DNA from: Epiperipatus broadwayi | Lineage: Eukaryota; Animalia; Onychophora | Direction of reading: 5' to 3' | Assembly: GCA_028023455.1 (NCBI GenBank) | Contig: JAQFVV010000008.1 | Span: 7,068,001-7,132,000, forward strand | DNA length: 64,000 nucleotides | Shown: positions 1-11,469 of the stretch, piece by piece | Numbering within the stretch: position 1 is the first letter of the stretch | How the letters are laid out: every line of letters starts with the position of its first letter | Translations under genes and position numbers: made by a program | The notes under the pieces: generated by a model | The model's input: the letters and a program-made list of their open reading frames with translations, nothing else | Databases searched by the model: none | What the model was told of the DNA's origin: nothing

Positions 1-168
1 AAACACAATGTTTTCAAGCTAAGCTCATCAGCTTGTATAGTTATATAGATCTGAATTCAGTTCTGCAAATACTTTTTGATGTCTCTGGTTTTTTAATAAT
101 CATAATCACCATAATTCTATTGGGCAGGATTGGTATTAAACCAAAAAACACTATTCTTTATTGGTTGC
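1..168 (-). mobile_element. Family A upstream segment (probable PLE 3' ORF remnant), cut by window start
   Basis: Matches 42455-42610 (same orientation) and 38780-38820 (reverse). The minus strand reads S-x-x-A-x-[IL]-E-N-I in all three copies; stop codons replace the likely R and W residues. This resembles the R..E..I end of a GIY-YIG domain. Confidence 0.55.
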
Positions 169-545
169 TCAAGCTGTTTTTCACAGAGGCAAAACTCTCC
201 ATACAGTAGCATCATTCTGTGCAAACCAGTGTAATCAATGGGTGTGGAAGATTTGTGCATAATTTCTCTATTACCTACTCATCCAATATCCCCAAATCCT
301 AGGATCTAGGTGCAGCGCTCTCAGATCCAAAGCTTCTCACTGATGAAAGCCACAAGCTAAAAACTAGTCTGGAGACATTGCATGAGTAGGCACTAGACAG
401 GAATTTTATGAACAAACCTTCCCTGCATCCATTGAATACTGTGGCTTGCACTGAGTGATGTTACTGTATGGAGAGTTTTGCCTCTGTAAAAAAACAGCTT
501 GCGTAAGCATAAAGAATGGTGATCACGTAATGTTTAAAGGCAATA
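168..545 (+). mobile_element. Family A inverted-repeat element with hammerhead motif
   Basis: Arms ACAGAGGCAAAACTCTCCATACAGTAGCATCA (183-) and TGATGTTACTGTATGGAGAGTTTTGCCTCTGT (-487). A ~55-nt tail extends the right side (488-545). HHR at 333-376 has GAAA mutated to AAAA. Confidence 0.85.
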
Positions 546-1214
546 ATATTTGGAAAAAATGTTTTATGTTTAGTAAATATTCTGTATATTGTGAAAATTG
601 ATAAATGGTTATTTATTTTTTAGGTTGAGGCTAAAATAACTTCAAGGAAAAAATAAATACTAAAGGTTTATTTTTCTATGAACAGAATTCTCTGCTAACA
701 TTTTTTTAAAATCATATGTTACCAATCATATATTATCCTTAACAACATGTTTTTTGAATGCACTTAAGTGCCAAAAATATGAAGATGCTGAAGAAAAAAA
801 GAGCCTCTCTATTGTTTTTTGTATTTGTATTATTGTTTGGATATAAAACACTAATGGATCTGATTCAGTTCTTAGTTTTTATTCTCTTCAAGAAGTATAA
901 TAATTACTCTTATTGCATTGCCAAATGTATACCATATAATACTAAATCATCCATGTACTTTACTACTGTTACACAATGCTTTATTTACCACCCTCTTTTA
1001 CAGTTTCGAAACTGTAAAAGAGGGTGGTAAATAAAGTATTGTGTAACAGTAGTAAATTGCATGGATGATTTAGTTTTTATTCTTTTGTTGAATTTTATAG
1101 CAAAATGCAGACCAGAGAGATATATATATAGCTTTTTGTTTGCATTCATCAGCAATAGACTCTCACTGCAGTCTTTTCCAAGTCTGAATATTACAAACTT
1201 TACCCTTATGCCTC

Positions 1215-2700
1215 TGTCCCCCCCCCCAGGATGTTTTCCAATGCTAAAATATACAAAACAAACATACTACTATGACTAATGTTGGATTTTGGAGGAGTCC
1301 ACTACTAAATAAGTAGCTTATTCAAACCTTGGGTTTTGGCACATATACCATAAACTCATCCTTTGAGTTCATAGCAAAGATAAGAGACTTGATCTTGAAC
1401 ACTGACCCGAGAATGGCTTCCATAGATGTCTCCGAGTTGTATGGTTCCACTTGCTGAAAACAATCCATTGACATCATTAAGGAGAAACTAGAAAGCCACA
1501 ACATGGCACAGCCTCAGATCGATTTCAAGTTCTTAGCATGGTTTGACAAGAACATCATGGCTGTTTTCCACAACCAGTGGTTCCACATGAAATATGGTTG
1601 TCCCATGGGATTATCTATGAATGCCATTATATCCAGAATAGTCTTGAATCACTATGAAAAACAAGTCATTCTAAAAATTACACCAATCAGCTCACCACCT
1701 CCAGATATATTGATGACTTGTTTATTGCCACATCCTCTGCAATTATTCAACAAATCAGAATTGAGCTACAAAATAGCATTCTTCTCACTCTAAATATGAA
1801 AACAGTCACAAACAAGTAAAATATTTAGATATAGATTTATATCGAGAACCCACACCTTTCAACTATAAAATGATCATCAAACCGCTTCAAGTAAGAGGTC
1901 ACTCTCTCTCCTACTCACCAACTAATCATAAGCCCTCTGGTTTTACTTTCTTCCTATATAGAAATATGCAGCTATGCAAGTTTGAGGCAGACAGAAAAGC
2001 TAACTTGGTCTTATACAGATATGACTTACTGAAGGTTGGATTTAAACAAAGTGTCATTGACAAGAAAATTAGGCAATTTTATTCTAAGATAAACAACAAC
2101 ACATCTAATCTTGATAAACAAAGGCTATTACTTCCATATTTTTTCGAATGTGCATAAAAAACTGTACTATTTTCAATAAAAAAATACCACTTGTGCTTTC
2201 ACCCCCTCCCACAACTCCAACAAGTTAATCAATAATATCAAGGACAGATTGCCACCCTCGCAGACACCTCAAGTGGTGTACAATATTGCCTGTCCTGTGG
2301 CAAATTGTCAGGCCTCATACTTTGATGAAATCAGAGCCTCTCTATCCACGTCTGTCTCAACATATATATTCGTACAACAAAGCACTAACAGACCCAACTT
2401 ATACCTCAGTTTTTGCCCAGTATCGCATCTCAGCAGGACATGATTGTGAACCGATTGACCCTGTGGTTCTTTACAAAGAATGACATGACTTTAAAAGAAA
2501 AGTCAAAAAGGCTTACTTTATTGCTAGGCACAATCACACCATCAACAGAAAAGACACGTGCTACAATATATCCAAGAAATGGAATACATAAACTCATTTG
2601 CATTACAAATTTTGTTAATTACAATATGGCTATGACTATGAAGGCTGTGTCCCATGAAAACACTCAACCACACTTGCATTATTGTTTTGATATATAAAGA
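1215..2700 (+). pseudogene. Degenerate Penelope-like retroelement: RT plus GIY-YIG endonuclease
   Basis: Frameshifted motifs occur in PLE order: KIYKTNILL*LM (cf. KIHK..PLRPI), NSSFEFI..MASIDVSELY, YGCPMG, RYIDDLF (1703-1723), KYLDIDLYR, VVYNIACPVANCQASYF (GIY-YIG), then VLYKE*HDFKRKVKKAYFIA..INR. Confidence 0.85.
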
Positions 2701-3303
2701 ATTTTAAAAAGTCAACTTTGTATGTTTATCCATCTTTAGCGCATTAGCGCAAATCATACTTATATAAAACAAAATAAAAATAATATTACATTATAAATGC
2801 TATACAAATCAATTTATAAAACACAAATACTATACATTTATTTCCAGAACAATACTGTCAACATTTGCAAAAAAAAAAAAATTCTTTTTAAAATAGTTCA
2901 TCACCTTGACTTATTGTAGCTCTCCATTGTATTCTATTCTCTATATCTTTCAGCTGAAAACAATCAACATTGCACCTTTTTTTTTAATATCTTTATAATG
3001 TCAAACACATCCCTTACATGAAAACCATGCTCAGGTTCACCACCATCCTTTTTGAAAGTCTTGTGTTGCTCACTCTTCTCTCATGTTTAATATAATGAAA
3101 AGTGTTTTTGCAATGAAGAACATATTGATTGGTCTTATTTACTTGTCAATATATTTTTTTTAAATTTAATAGAACATCCTTAAATGAAACGTTTCTAATG
3201 CCTTTATATTATATTGATAGGATGTCCAAGTCTCTCTTTTATATAGTAAATTAGATAAAATAATGTGTTTTTTGAAAGATTGTGATGGTGTTGTTTTAGT
3301 TGT

Positions 3304-3694
3304 ATTTATTGGTTGCACTATTTCCATCATGTAATTTGAGTATTGAATGTCTTTAGAAAAATTTAACTTTAAATATTCCATATGCATTCAACTATTAGTA
3401 ATAGCACATTAAATGGGTAGTATAAGCACAATGTTTCGAGGCTCAATTGGTTAGAACGTTACCTTAAAATTCAATACAAGGATCCAGGTTCAATTCCCAT
3501 GCTTGTGCTATCACTGGTCAGGCCAGTAACACCTGAAGAAAAGGGGAGTATAATACCTCTCAAAACATGCATATACTAACCTGTTTGATGTACTATTACT
3601 AACAGTTGAATGTATTTGGAATATTTATAAAGTTAAATTTTTCTAAAGACATTCAATATGCATATTAGATGATGGAAATAGCCCAAACAATAAA
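3304..3694 (+). mobile_element. Family C: inverted-repeat element with tRNA-derived head and degenerate hammerhead
   Basis: 3304-3439 is the reverse complement of ~3558-3694. The centre holds an A-box-like GCTCAATTGGTTAGA (3441) and a B-box GGTTCAATTCC (3487), followed by CTGAAGA (3533)...CTC[A/G]AAACATG. Confidence 0.7.
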
Positions 3695-3864
3695 AGACAA
3701 CTAAATAAAATAATAGCTCTATATATGGATAATTGAATTCAATAATTATTTCACTATGATGAAGCATATTATTTTTAATTTATTAACAACAGCACATTGG
3801 AATCTGTGCTACACCTCAACATCTAAGTCCACTTTTGTACTTAATAAGCTACCAAAATATTTCA

Positions 3865-4640
3865 TCATCAACAACCATTATCAATCCACTGCAGAATGAA
3901 GGTCTTTCCAAGTTCAGTCCATCTTCTCCGATCTTTAGTTTCTCTTCTCCATATAACCTCTGCACACTTTCTTATTTCATCCATCCATCTCACATGTGGT
4001 CTTTTTCTGGGTCTTTTACAATCTCTTGGACTCCAGTTTAAGATTTCAATTGTCCATCTATTATCATCTCACCAAAATATTTATATTGGTTTAAATTCTC
4101 AAATTGATAACCACCCAAGCTAAGAGTTAATAAAGAGTTTTTCTGTCACTGACTGATAAAAAAACTAAACCAAAATATTGAAGATATTAAGAAAATTTTG
4201 AAAATCATCTTTTGAACTGGCAAAAATAGCATAATCATCAGCATACTGTAAATCCAAAAAGATGAAATCCTAGTTTTATCTTTTAATAAAATCAAATTAA
4301 AATTTCCATGAACTTGTATTGTGGCTGGATCCCTGATTTATTAAGCCATCTACAAACAATTCCAAAGATCATAGTCATACAAATTAAAAATAATGTTGGA
4401 GCAAAAATACATCTTGCTTTTTATTGCATTTCATTTTGAATGTCTATCATTCCATCTGTAGTAATTGCATTTCTTTTCATTCCATCAAATAGAAGCTGCA
4501 TAATATGAATAAATCTTTGATGGACAATTAATTTTCAAATAAAGCCATAGAACTTGTAAATATATGCTGGACTATTTTCATCACCTATTTTTAATTGTAA
4601 ATGTATTTAAAACAATTCAAACATTATTTAAATTTTTCAA
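3865..4640 (-). mobile_element. RTE-clade LINE 3' fragment
   Basis: Minus strand gives NWSPRDCKRPRKRPHVRWMDEIRKCAEVIWRRETKDRRRWTELGKTFILQW, the typical RTE C-terminus. Degenerate RT sequence lies upstream. Confidence 0.8.
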
Positions 4641-5431
4641 ATACATTCAACTATTAGAATAATATGCAGATTAGTATATTAGACATTTTGAATATTAATA
4701 TTCTCTTTTTTTTTCAGGTATTACTGCCTGACCAGTGATTTTATTAGCATGGAAATTAAACCAGGGACATTAAGATTCTTCAATATTTAATTTTATGATG
4801 CCCTAACCAACTAGATTATTCTGTCAAGATCAACAGTTAGTAGGAAGTTTTATATTTATCTATAAACACTTCCTAATTTATCATTTTTTTCTTAAGATCA
4901 AGATTAATGAATGGTTTTTAAACATTATGAATTAAATACTAGATTAACTTATCAGATTATTTACCATTGACATGTGAAATGCATGGTCTGATATTTTAGG
5001 TGCATCTGGTTTTTTGTTTTTTTTCCTACTAACTGTTGCCTTTGGAAGAATAGTCTAGATGGTTAATTTCAGTATTTAATCACTTAAAAGTTATTGATTC
5101 AATTCCCATGTTAGTAATGCCCCTGTTTAAGCTAGCAATACTTGAGAAAGAAAGAAGAATAATACCATTTGAAATGTAGTGTATATACTAATCTCTATGG
5201 TATTAACAGATGAATATATTCAAAAGTTTAAATAAAGTTTGAATCTTTTTTTAAATACATTTAACAATTAAAACTAGATTATAGAAATAATCCAACTTAA
5301 AGGGAAAAAAAATAGATATATTTAAAGTTGCAAACCATGTATGTATTAATAAATATATGTTTGAGTAGGAAAAGATAATAATATTGAACAGAAAGTAAAA
5401 AAAAAAATAAAAAGAAAATTTAAATAAGCAA

Positions 5432-5538
5432 ATGGCAAATAACTCCATAAATCAATTTAGTGTGATAATTCGTAATGTTTGGAGACCATTCATTAATCTT
5501 GCCCTTAAGAAAAAATGGAGAAATTGGGACCTTCATAG
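5432..5538 (+). CDS. Candidate first coding exon, unidentified protein
   Basis: ATG-initiated MANNSINQFSVIIRNVWRPFINLALKKKWRNWDLH, ending at a consensus donor AG|GTAAGT, with an in-frame stop upstream (5408). No homology recognised and no downstream exon found. Confidence 0.35.
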
Positions 5539-5577
5539 GTAAGTATATAAAATTTTTATTGATTGTTATCTTTGACA

Positions 5578-5730
5578 GAGTAACTTAGTTAGGTAGAGTA
5601 ACACTTTAAATTCAGTATCCAAAAGTCTAAAGATTCCTGGCTTAATTTCCATACTAGTACTATGACTGGTCATGTCACTAATAACTTTGTATCATATACT
5701 AATCTATGTACTATATCAAAATAAATTAAA
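5578..5730 (+). mobile_element. Second, older copy of family C tRNA-head element, HHR core deleted
   Basis: Colinear with 3441-3590: ..GGTAGAGT..AAATTCAGTA..GATTCCTGGCTTAATTTCCATACT..ACTGGTCA..CATATACTAA. Confidence 0.5.
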
Positions 5731-6477
5731 TACATTTAACAGAACTAGATAATGAAATGGTCCAACATATTATAATGGATAGAATGATTACCACTTGGAT
5801 ATATATATATCAGATTCAACAATCAGCTGGTTCGATCACAATGTATGACCAACTTACACAAAGTCTATATGTGATGGTACACCTATCTATCGAGCCCCAA
5901 AGTTGATGGCACCAGATATAACGGACGGAACTCTACACCAACAATTATAAGCTAACCAAGCCCAACAATGGTGTGCCAGATGTAACAGATGGTCAACTAA
6001 CTTGCAGACTGTAATACTATGCAGATGTAGCAATTTGGTATGGTATAAGTTAATATGCCCTAATTTATTGCCCCTAATGACAATATGCAGAGACCTACCA
6101 GGCTTAGAAGGGGGAAAAGTTGCATCTAACTATGGTCAGACTTTGGGTTTTCTGATAGAATACTAATGAGAACTGATGAAATGTTTAATCAATGATTGCA
6201 TATAATTTAATTGACTGACTCTATTCCTATTTGATAATATTAAATGCAATTTAGGTTAGTTCATCCACTTTCCCCCTTTTCAATTCCGTTATGCCCTAAT
6301 ATTCAAGCCCAGAGAGAGTATTGCTTTTGACTCCTTTAACAGGTATGAACAGATACACACAGCAACTCCTGCACCTATATATAGGTTACAACTAGCATTT
6401 ATTATATTTGTTTACATTAAAGCTTTTTTATATGATAAGAAAAATAGATATGTGTGCATGCATAATTGTTTATAAAC

Positions 6478-6860
6478 TGTGGAATGTCAGGACAACTCAA
6501 TAAACCAGAGACCAGAATAATACAAACTCTTAAACATTTATTAACAATAAATAAATCCTCTATACTTATTAACAATAATAAATATCATAAAGTATAACAA
6601 CAATAGTAATGATAAAAAATAAAAAAATAATAATAATCATATGTACATGTGTCACATGTGAACCTCTACCATTTTACTAATTAATGATTATTATAATCCA
6701 ACCCTTATACCCCATGGTAGAAATCCATTTATGTCACTCATTCTTTACAAATCATAATTACATAGAAAAATAAACTTTATTGATTTAAGATAATTGAGAT
6801 GCTGGCTAGCTAAATTATATATTTACAGATGTTAACAATCTATTTAACAAGTCCCCCCCC
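6478..6860 (-). mobile_element. Possible LTR with polypurine tract
   Basis: Minus strand reads GGGGGGGGACT then TGTT...CCACA, with AATAAA inside. No partner LTR is visible. Confidence 0.3.
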
Positions 6861-7016
6861 ATTTATATATATGATTGAGATAGAAATTAATACTAGCTGA
6901 TTAGTCAAACATACTGAAAAATATATATACAAGGTTAATCAACAAAATAAAACATAATATGTATTCTGTATAAGTGTTGCAATTTAATCTATGAAAATAA
7001 ATGTAGAGAATCTTAC

Positions 7017-7061
7017 CTTACTATTTATGTGGATAACCTGATGTGAAGTAGGTGGGTTAAC
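7017..7061 (-). CDS. Candidate 45-nt internal exon
   Basis: Acceptor AAAATTTAG|, donor AAG|GTAAGA, open frame VNPPTSHQVIHINSK. Confidence 0.3.
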
Positions 7062-7599
7062 CTAAATTTTATTTACAATGAAAATATAAAAATATCAAAG
7101 TGAATAATCCCCACTTTCTTCTTTGCTAATTCTAAAAAATGAGGCTTCAGCATCAGAGTGTGAAAATGCAACAGATAACAAGAATTAAAAAAAAAAAAAA
7201 ATCCAATGTTAATTTCTTGATTAAAAAAATTGTAATTGGAACAAAGTTCATAAAAATCATCCTAATAGAAGTAGTAGTTGATAGTTAGTCATGTTGTTCT
7301 CCAAAAGCAGTTTCACTTAGTAAATCATTTTCCTTAGCAAGGATAGATAGGTACAATGGTGTCTCCTGTAGTTGTGTATAGTAAACACCTTGATCCTTAT
7401 TTGATTCACCATTAAGTATTCCAATGCTTGTTTACTTTGGACTGCAGGCCTCTTCTTGTGTGTTTACAATAAAGAAAAATAAATAAATAGAGGTTTAATG
7501 CAGCTATAGGAAATAACATGATGCACAATAGCATGTTTTGCTCTAGCCCATATTCATATTAAAGTACAATTCAATAATTATTTATAATCATAAATTTAT

Positions 7600-8030
7600 A
7601 TTGGATAATATAGAAGCACTTTACGTATATATATTAAGAAAATTATTTCATTTTTCTTTCTTTTCCAATTTTTAGCAGATTAAATTTCGTTATTCTTTTT
7701 GAAAAAATTTAAAATAGTAAAAAATTACTCCAACAACTTTTAAAACATGCTTTAATTATTTCAAAATTTATCAATTATTCTTACTTCTTATTTCATCTTC
7801 TTTCTTCTGAATTTGGTAAACTTTTAGTTACAGCACTTGACTTTTAAAAATGTTATGATTTAAATAAAAGAAAAAGCAAAACTCCATATTAGCGTTCTAA
7901 ATTTTAGTTTTAACTACTGTCTATTGTTATAGCTGCTATATCTTTTGACAAGAAGAACGATTTGTAAAAAGTTTCTATTTTTATATAAAACGCTGAGAAT
8001 CTCCTGAAACGCTGATATCTTTAACTGCCT
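7600..8030. promoter_or_regulatory. CpG-retaining patch, possible promoter
   Basis: Several CpGs in non-repeat AT-rich DNA (TACGTA, TTCGTT, AGCGTT, AACGAT, AACGCT x2) against a depleted background. Confidence 0.25.
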
Positions 8031-11000
8031 ATTGTTTAAATACATTTAGATTTTTAAATGTATTGTTTAAATACATTTCATTTATTACAAATAAAAAAAA
8101 TAATAATAAAATCAGTTTTATTTTCACACATGGCCACCTAACTTAACCTCAGGCTATCCCTAAATCATTTAACTATAAATTAATATCCAACTTTTTTAAA
8201 AATATATATATACATCACAGTTTATTAATCAAATAGTTTATATATACAATATTACTTTGTAAAATATTGATCGTATTTTATTTTATAATAAAATAATCAT
8301 TTATTGTACATTATATGTATATATGTAATAATAACAAACAAATGATCTTCCCATTATTAATATAAATTCCAAATGGATTGGGTTCAATAAATAGGCTTGA
8401 TCTTTTTAGGAATATGTGCATTGTAAGCTACCCTTTACAACATAGAGAAAAATAGATATATCTAATATAACAGATGATAGACATACCAATAAACATGTTC
8501 AATTGGTAAAAGATAGAATTCACAAGAATAAAACGAAAATTAGGTGAATTAACAATAGGCTTTCAAGGGAGAAGAATTAGTTTAAAATTATATAGTTTTA
8601 AAATGAAAATCTTTAGTAATATTTTCTTCAAATGTATATGCTATTGAATGTTTTATTTATTAAATGGTAATAGCAGTATATGTCAAATAGCCAGATAATG
8701 ATAGTTAAATTAAAAAGATGAATTTCTATCCTTAACTTTCAAATATTACAATTCCAGAGCAAAGAAAAAAAATATTACAGCAAATAAAAAATTGACTGTT
8801 TAATAATGTTTTGTAAGTTCCATCATATATTGTATTATGAACTGGATATTTATTTAATAGAAATCACTTTGAAGATTGAAAGTCATGGAAGTCTACAAAT
8901 TAATAAATAACACCATTTATTTAATTTTAGTTATGGTAAATTGCAAGACTAAATTATATCAAAATTTCCAGTAAGATGTCATTAATAGAAAATTCATATT
9001 ATTATATATTTGCTTAAATCATACATGAATTTTAGGTAAGCCAATAATATAATATATTTAAAACTTGATAACGAAGGACTTCTATAAATACCTTTTTTAT
9101 TATTATTAAAATTAGGAAAGAAAAGAGATTAATATTTATTGTCAATTTAAAACATTTTTTTATTAACACATTTTACTTCCATTGATATAACTAGCAAGTT
9201 ATGTGAATATATATTTATTATTCTAGTTATCATCAATAATCATATCTTATTATATTGCTGTAAAGAAAATAAATTTTATGGGCGAGGATTAGGCTTCTAA
9301 AATTAATTTACAATAATGAATCTTCTGCACAAATTGAAATATATTTTTGTCACAATTATAAATTGGGTTGTATCCCAATGCTGCATAATTAAAAAAAATT
9401 ATATTAAAATTATAAATCCTAAATTGAAATCTTAACTTCAAAAATTTACTAAAATTTTAAACATTAATTTAAATAGTATAAAATATAGTGCCCCTAATTC
9501 CAGAATATGTTTAATAAAGCAGAGTATATACATGTGAATGCAAACATTAATTATATGTTGATTATCTCAAAGAAAATTATAACAATAATACATTAAATTA
9601 ATTAAAATGTCAATAGCTGAAGGATAAAATATCAAATTATATGTAATAATAATGCTGAGTTATAAGATTTATAGTATTAAGAAAGCAGATGATAGTTATG
9701 CATATAAATACAAAATGCAGCCAAACCATGTATGTTGGTGAAAAAAAATTTCTGATAAGGTAAATAATAGTTTTGATTATATGTAAACAAGGTTGCACTT
9801 TTAAGAACACACAATGTAAATGCTATCTATTATCATGGAATAATATGAAAGATATTACTTAAATTTATAAACCCATCAAAATTTTACTTGCAATAAATTT
9901 TATTTCTTATAAATATGCATGTTAGCTTTATAACTGTAAAAATTTGAATATGTCAAATAATTATGATCACTACTACAACTTACTCAGCTTCTGATAGCAA
10001 AATTGTTACACAAAAAATTGGCTGTGAATTCTCTATTCTATCAAATATCTTAGCTCATTTCACTTGTTGGTGTTCTCCACTATATAAATCCACACATTAC
10101 ATCTATAAACTATTTATTTTCATAATAATTCATATAATGTTTTAAAGATAGAGATTAAGCTTACATGGAGGTAATTATAAAACCTTCACTGCAACAAAGA
10201 CCAGGTAATATTAGGTTTAAAGTAATTAAATATACAAAAGAATGATTTATCAATCAGCCAGTAGTTAATGTGAATTGATTAGCTATACAACAATGTTTGT
10301 TGCCAGTAATAAATATTATATGATGGAGGGAGGGGAGCATAAAACTTTACAGTTGTTTATGGTGATATTCATTATTTTTTAATATATATTTTACATTGTT
10401 AATAAAATTATAATATTAATTAACAAGTATCCTGGGTATATTCTTGAAACTAAAAAGTCCTAAAGTACTTCACATAAATGAATTATATCACTTGACTCCT
10501 TAGATCTGAATATAAAGAAATAAAATTTCTACACAAATGCAGGAATATACAAATTGCACATAGCTAAGCAAGACTCGAAGAGTTCTTAACTTCTCTGACC
10601 TAAGGTGAGATCATAATTTTAACTATAGTGATGATTGAGAAATTGCTTTACATTATTTGAATTAATGAAATTATTTGCATATATACTAAATTGTACTGAG
10701 TGGAAATAAAATATTTACACCAACACATTTAAGTCATGGCTATACCAAAGTCAAATTCAGTCTTAGTTGGTCTGAGCTTTATATTTATGATTCCATACAT
10801 ATCTAGCTGAAAATTATAAATTCTGCCCATATGATTTAGGATAATAACTCATTTCATGATATATTTCAAGCTAAGCTTTAGTTTGAAAATGCCCAGATGT
10901 GAATATTTCCTTGTTCTAAAGTTAGAAAATGTATTGTGTATATATATATAATATGATTAAATTTATGCATAGCTTTTATTTCAAAAAAATTATCCAAGCA

Positions 11001-11469
11001 TTGACCCTAAAATATACATATATATTCAATAATAGAAATATGTTTTGGTGTTTGAATGACTAGATATTTCTGCATGCTCTCATATTTGCTGTTGTTGTCT
11101 CTAATGCATTTTAAATAGGGCCATTACACATCATCAAATACCATCCATGAAATGTTTAATTCTAGTTTTCTTAATTTGAAAATAGAGCAGAGATGACTAA
11201 GCTCTATCTAACTGTGAACAAACAAATCTATTATACTATATTAGCAAACTAAAGAATAAAATGACCACAGCAATTTTTAAGTTTAAAAATGTAAATAAGG
11301 TTAAGTTTACCAAACATGTTAAATTCAAAATGAAATTAATATCAGATGTAAATATGGCATCATTTATGAAATTATATCTTACTGATACTATATTTTCATC
11401 TGTTGTTAATACTAATTCCGTTCCAAAATTTCATCACTTGTAGCAAATTTAGCTTTATTTACATTGAAA

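Noticed and set aside
5-40. Hammerhead-like CTGATGA..GAAA on the minus strand at the window start
   Set aside because: Homologous copies read CAAATGA (42480) and CTATTGA (38787), and no stem I partner is present. It is better explained as decayed coding sequence.
183-487. Family A as a conventional DNA-transposon MITE
   Set aside because: Arm lengths vary between copies, the tail is one-sided, there is no constant TSD, and HHRs are embedded. These features fit retroposition with inversion better.
758-1279. Short ORFs here and most other 60-100-aa ORFs in the track
   Set aside because: They are low-complexity AT-driven translations or antisense/shifted frames of TE relics, with no motifs or splice support.
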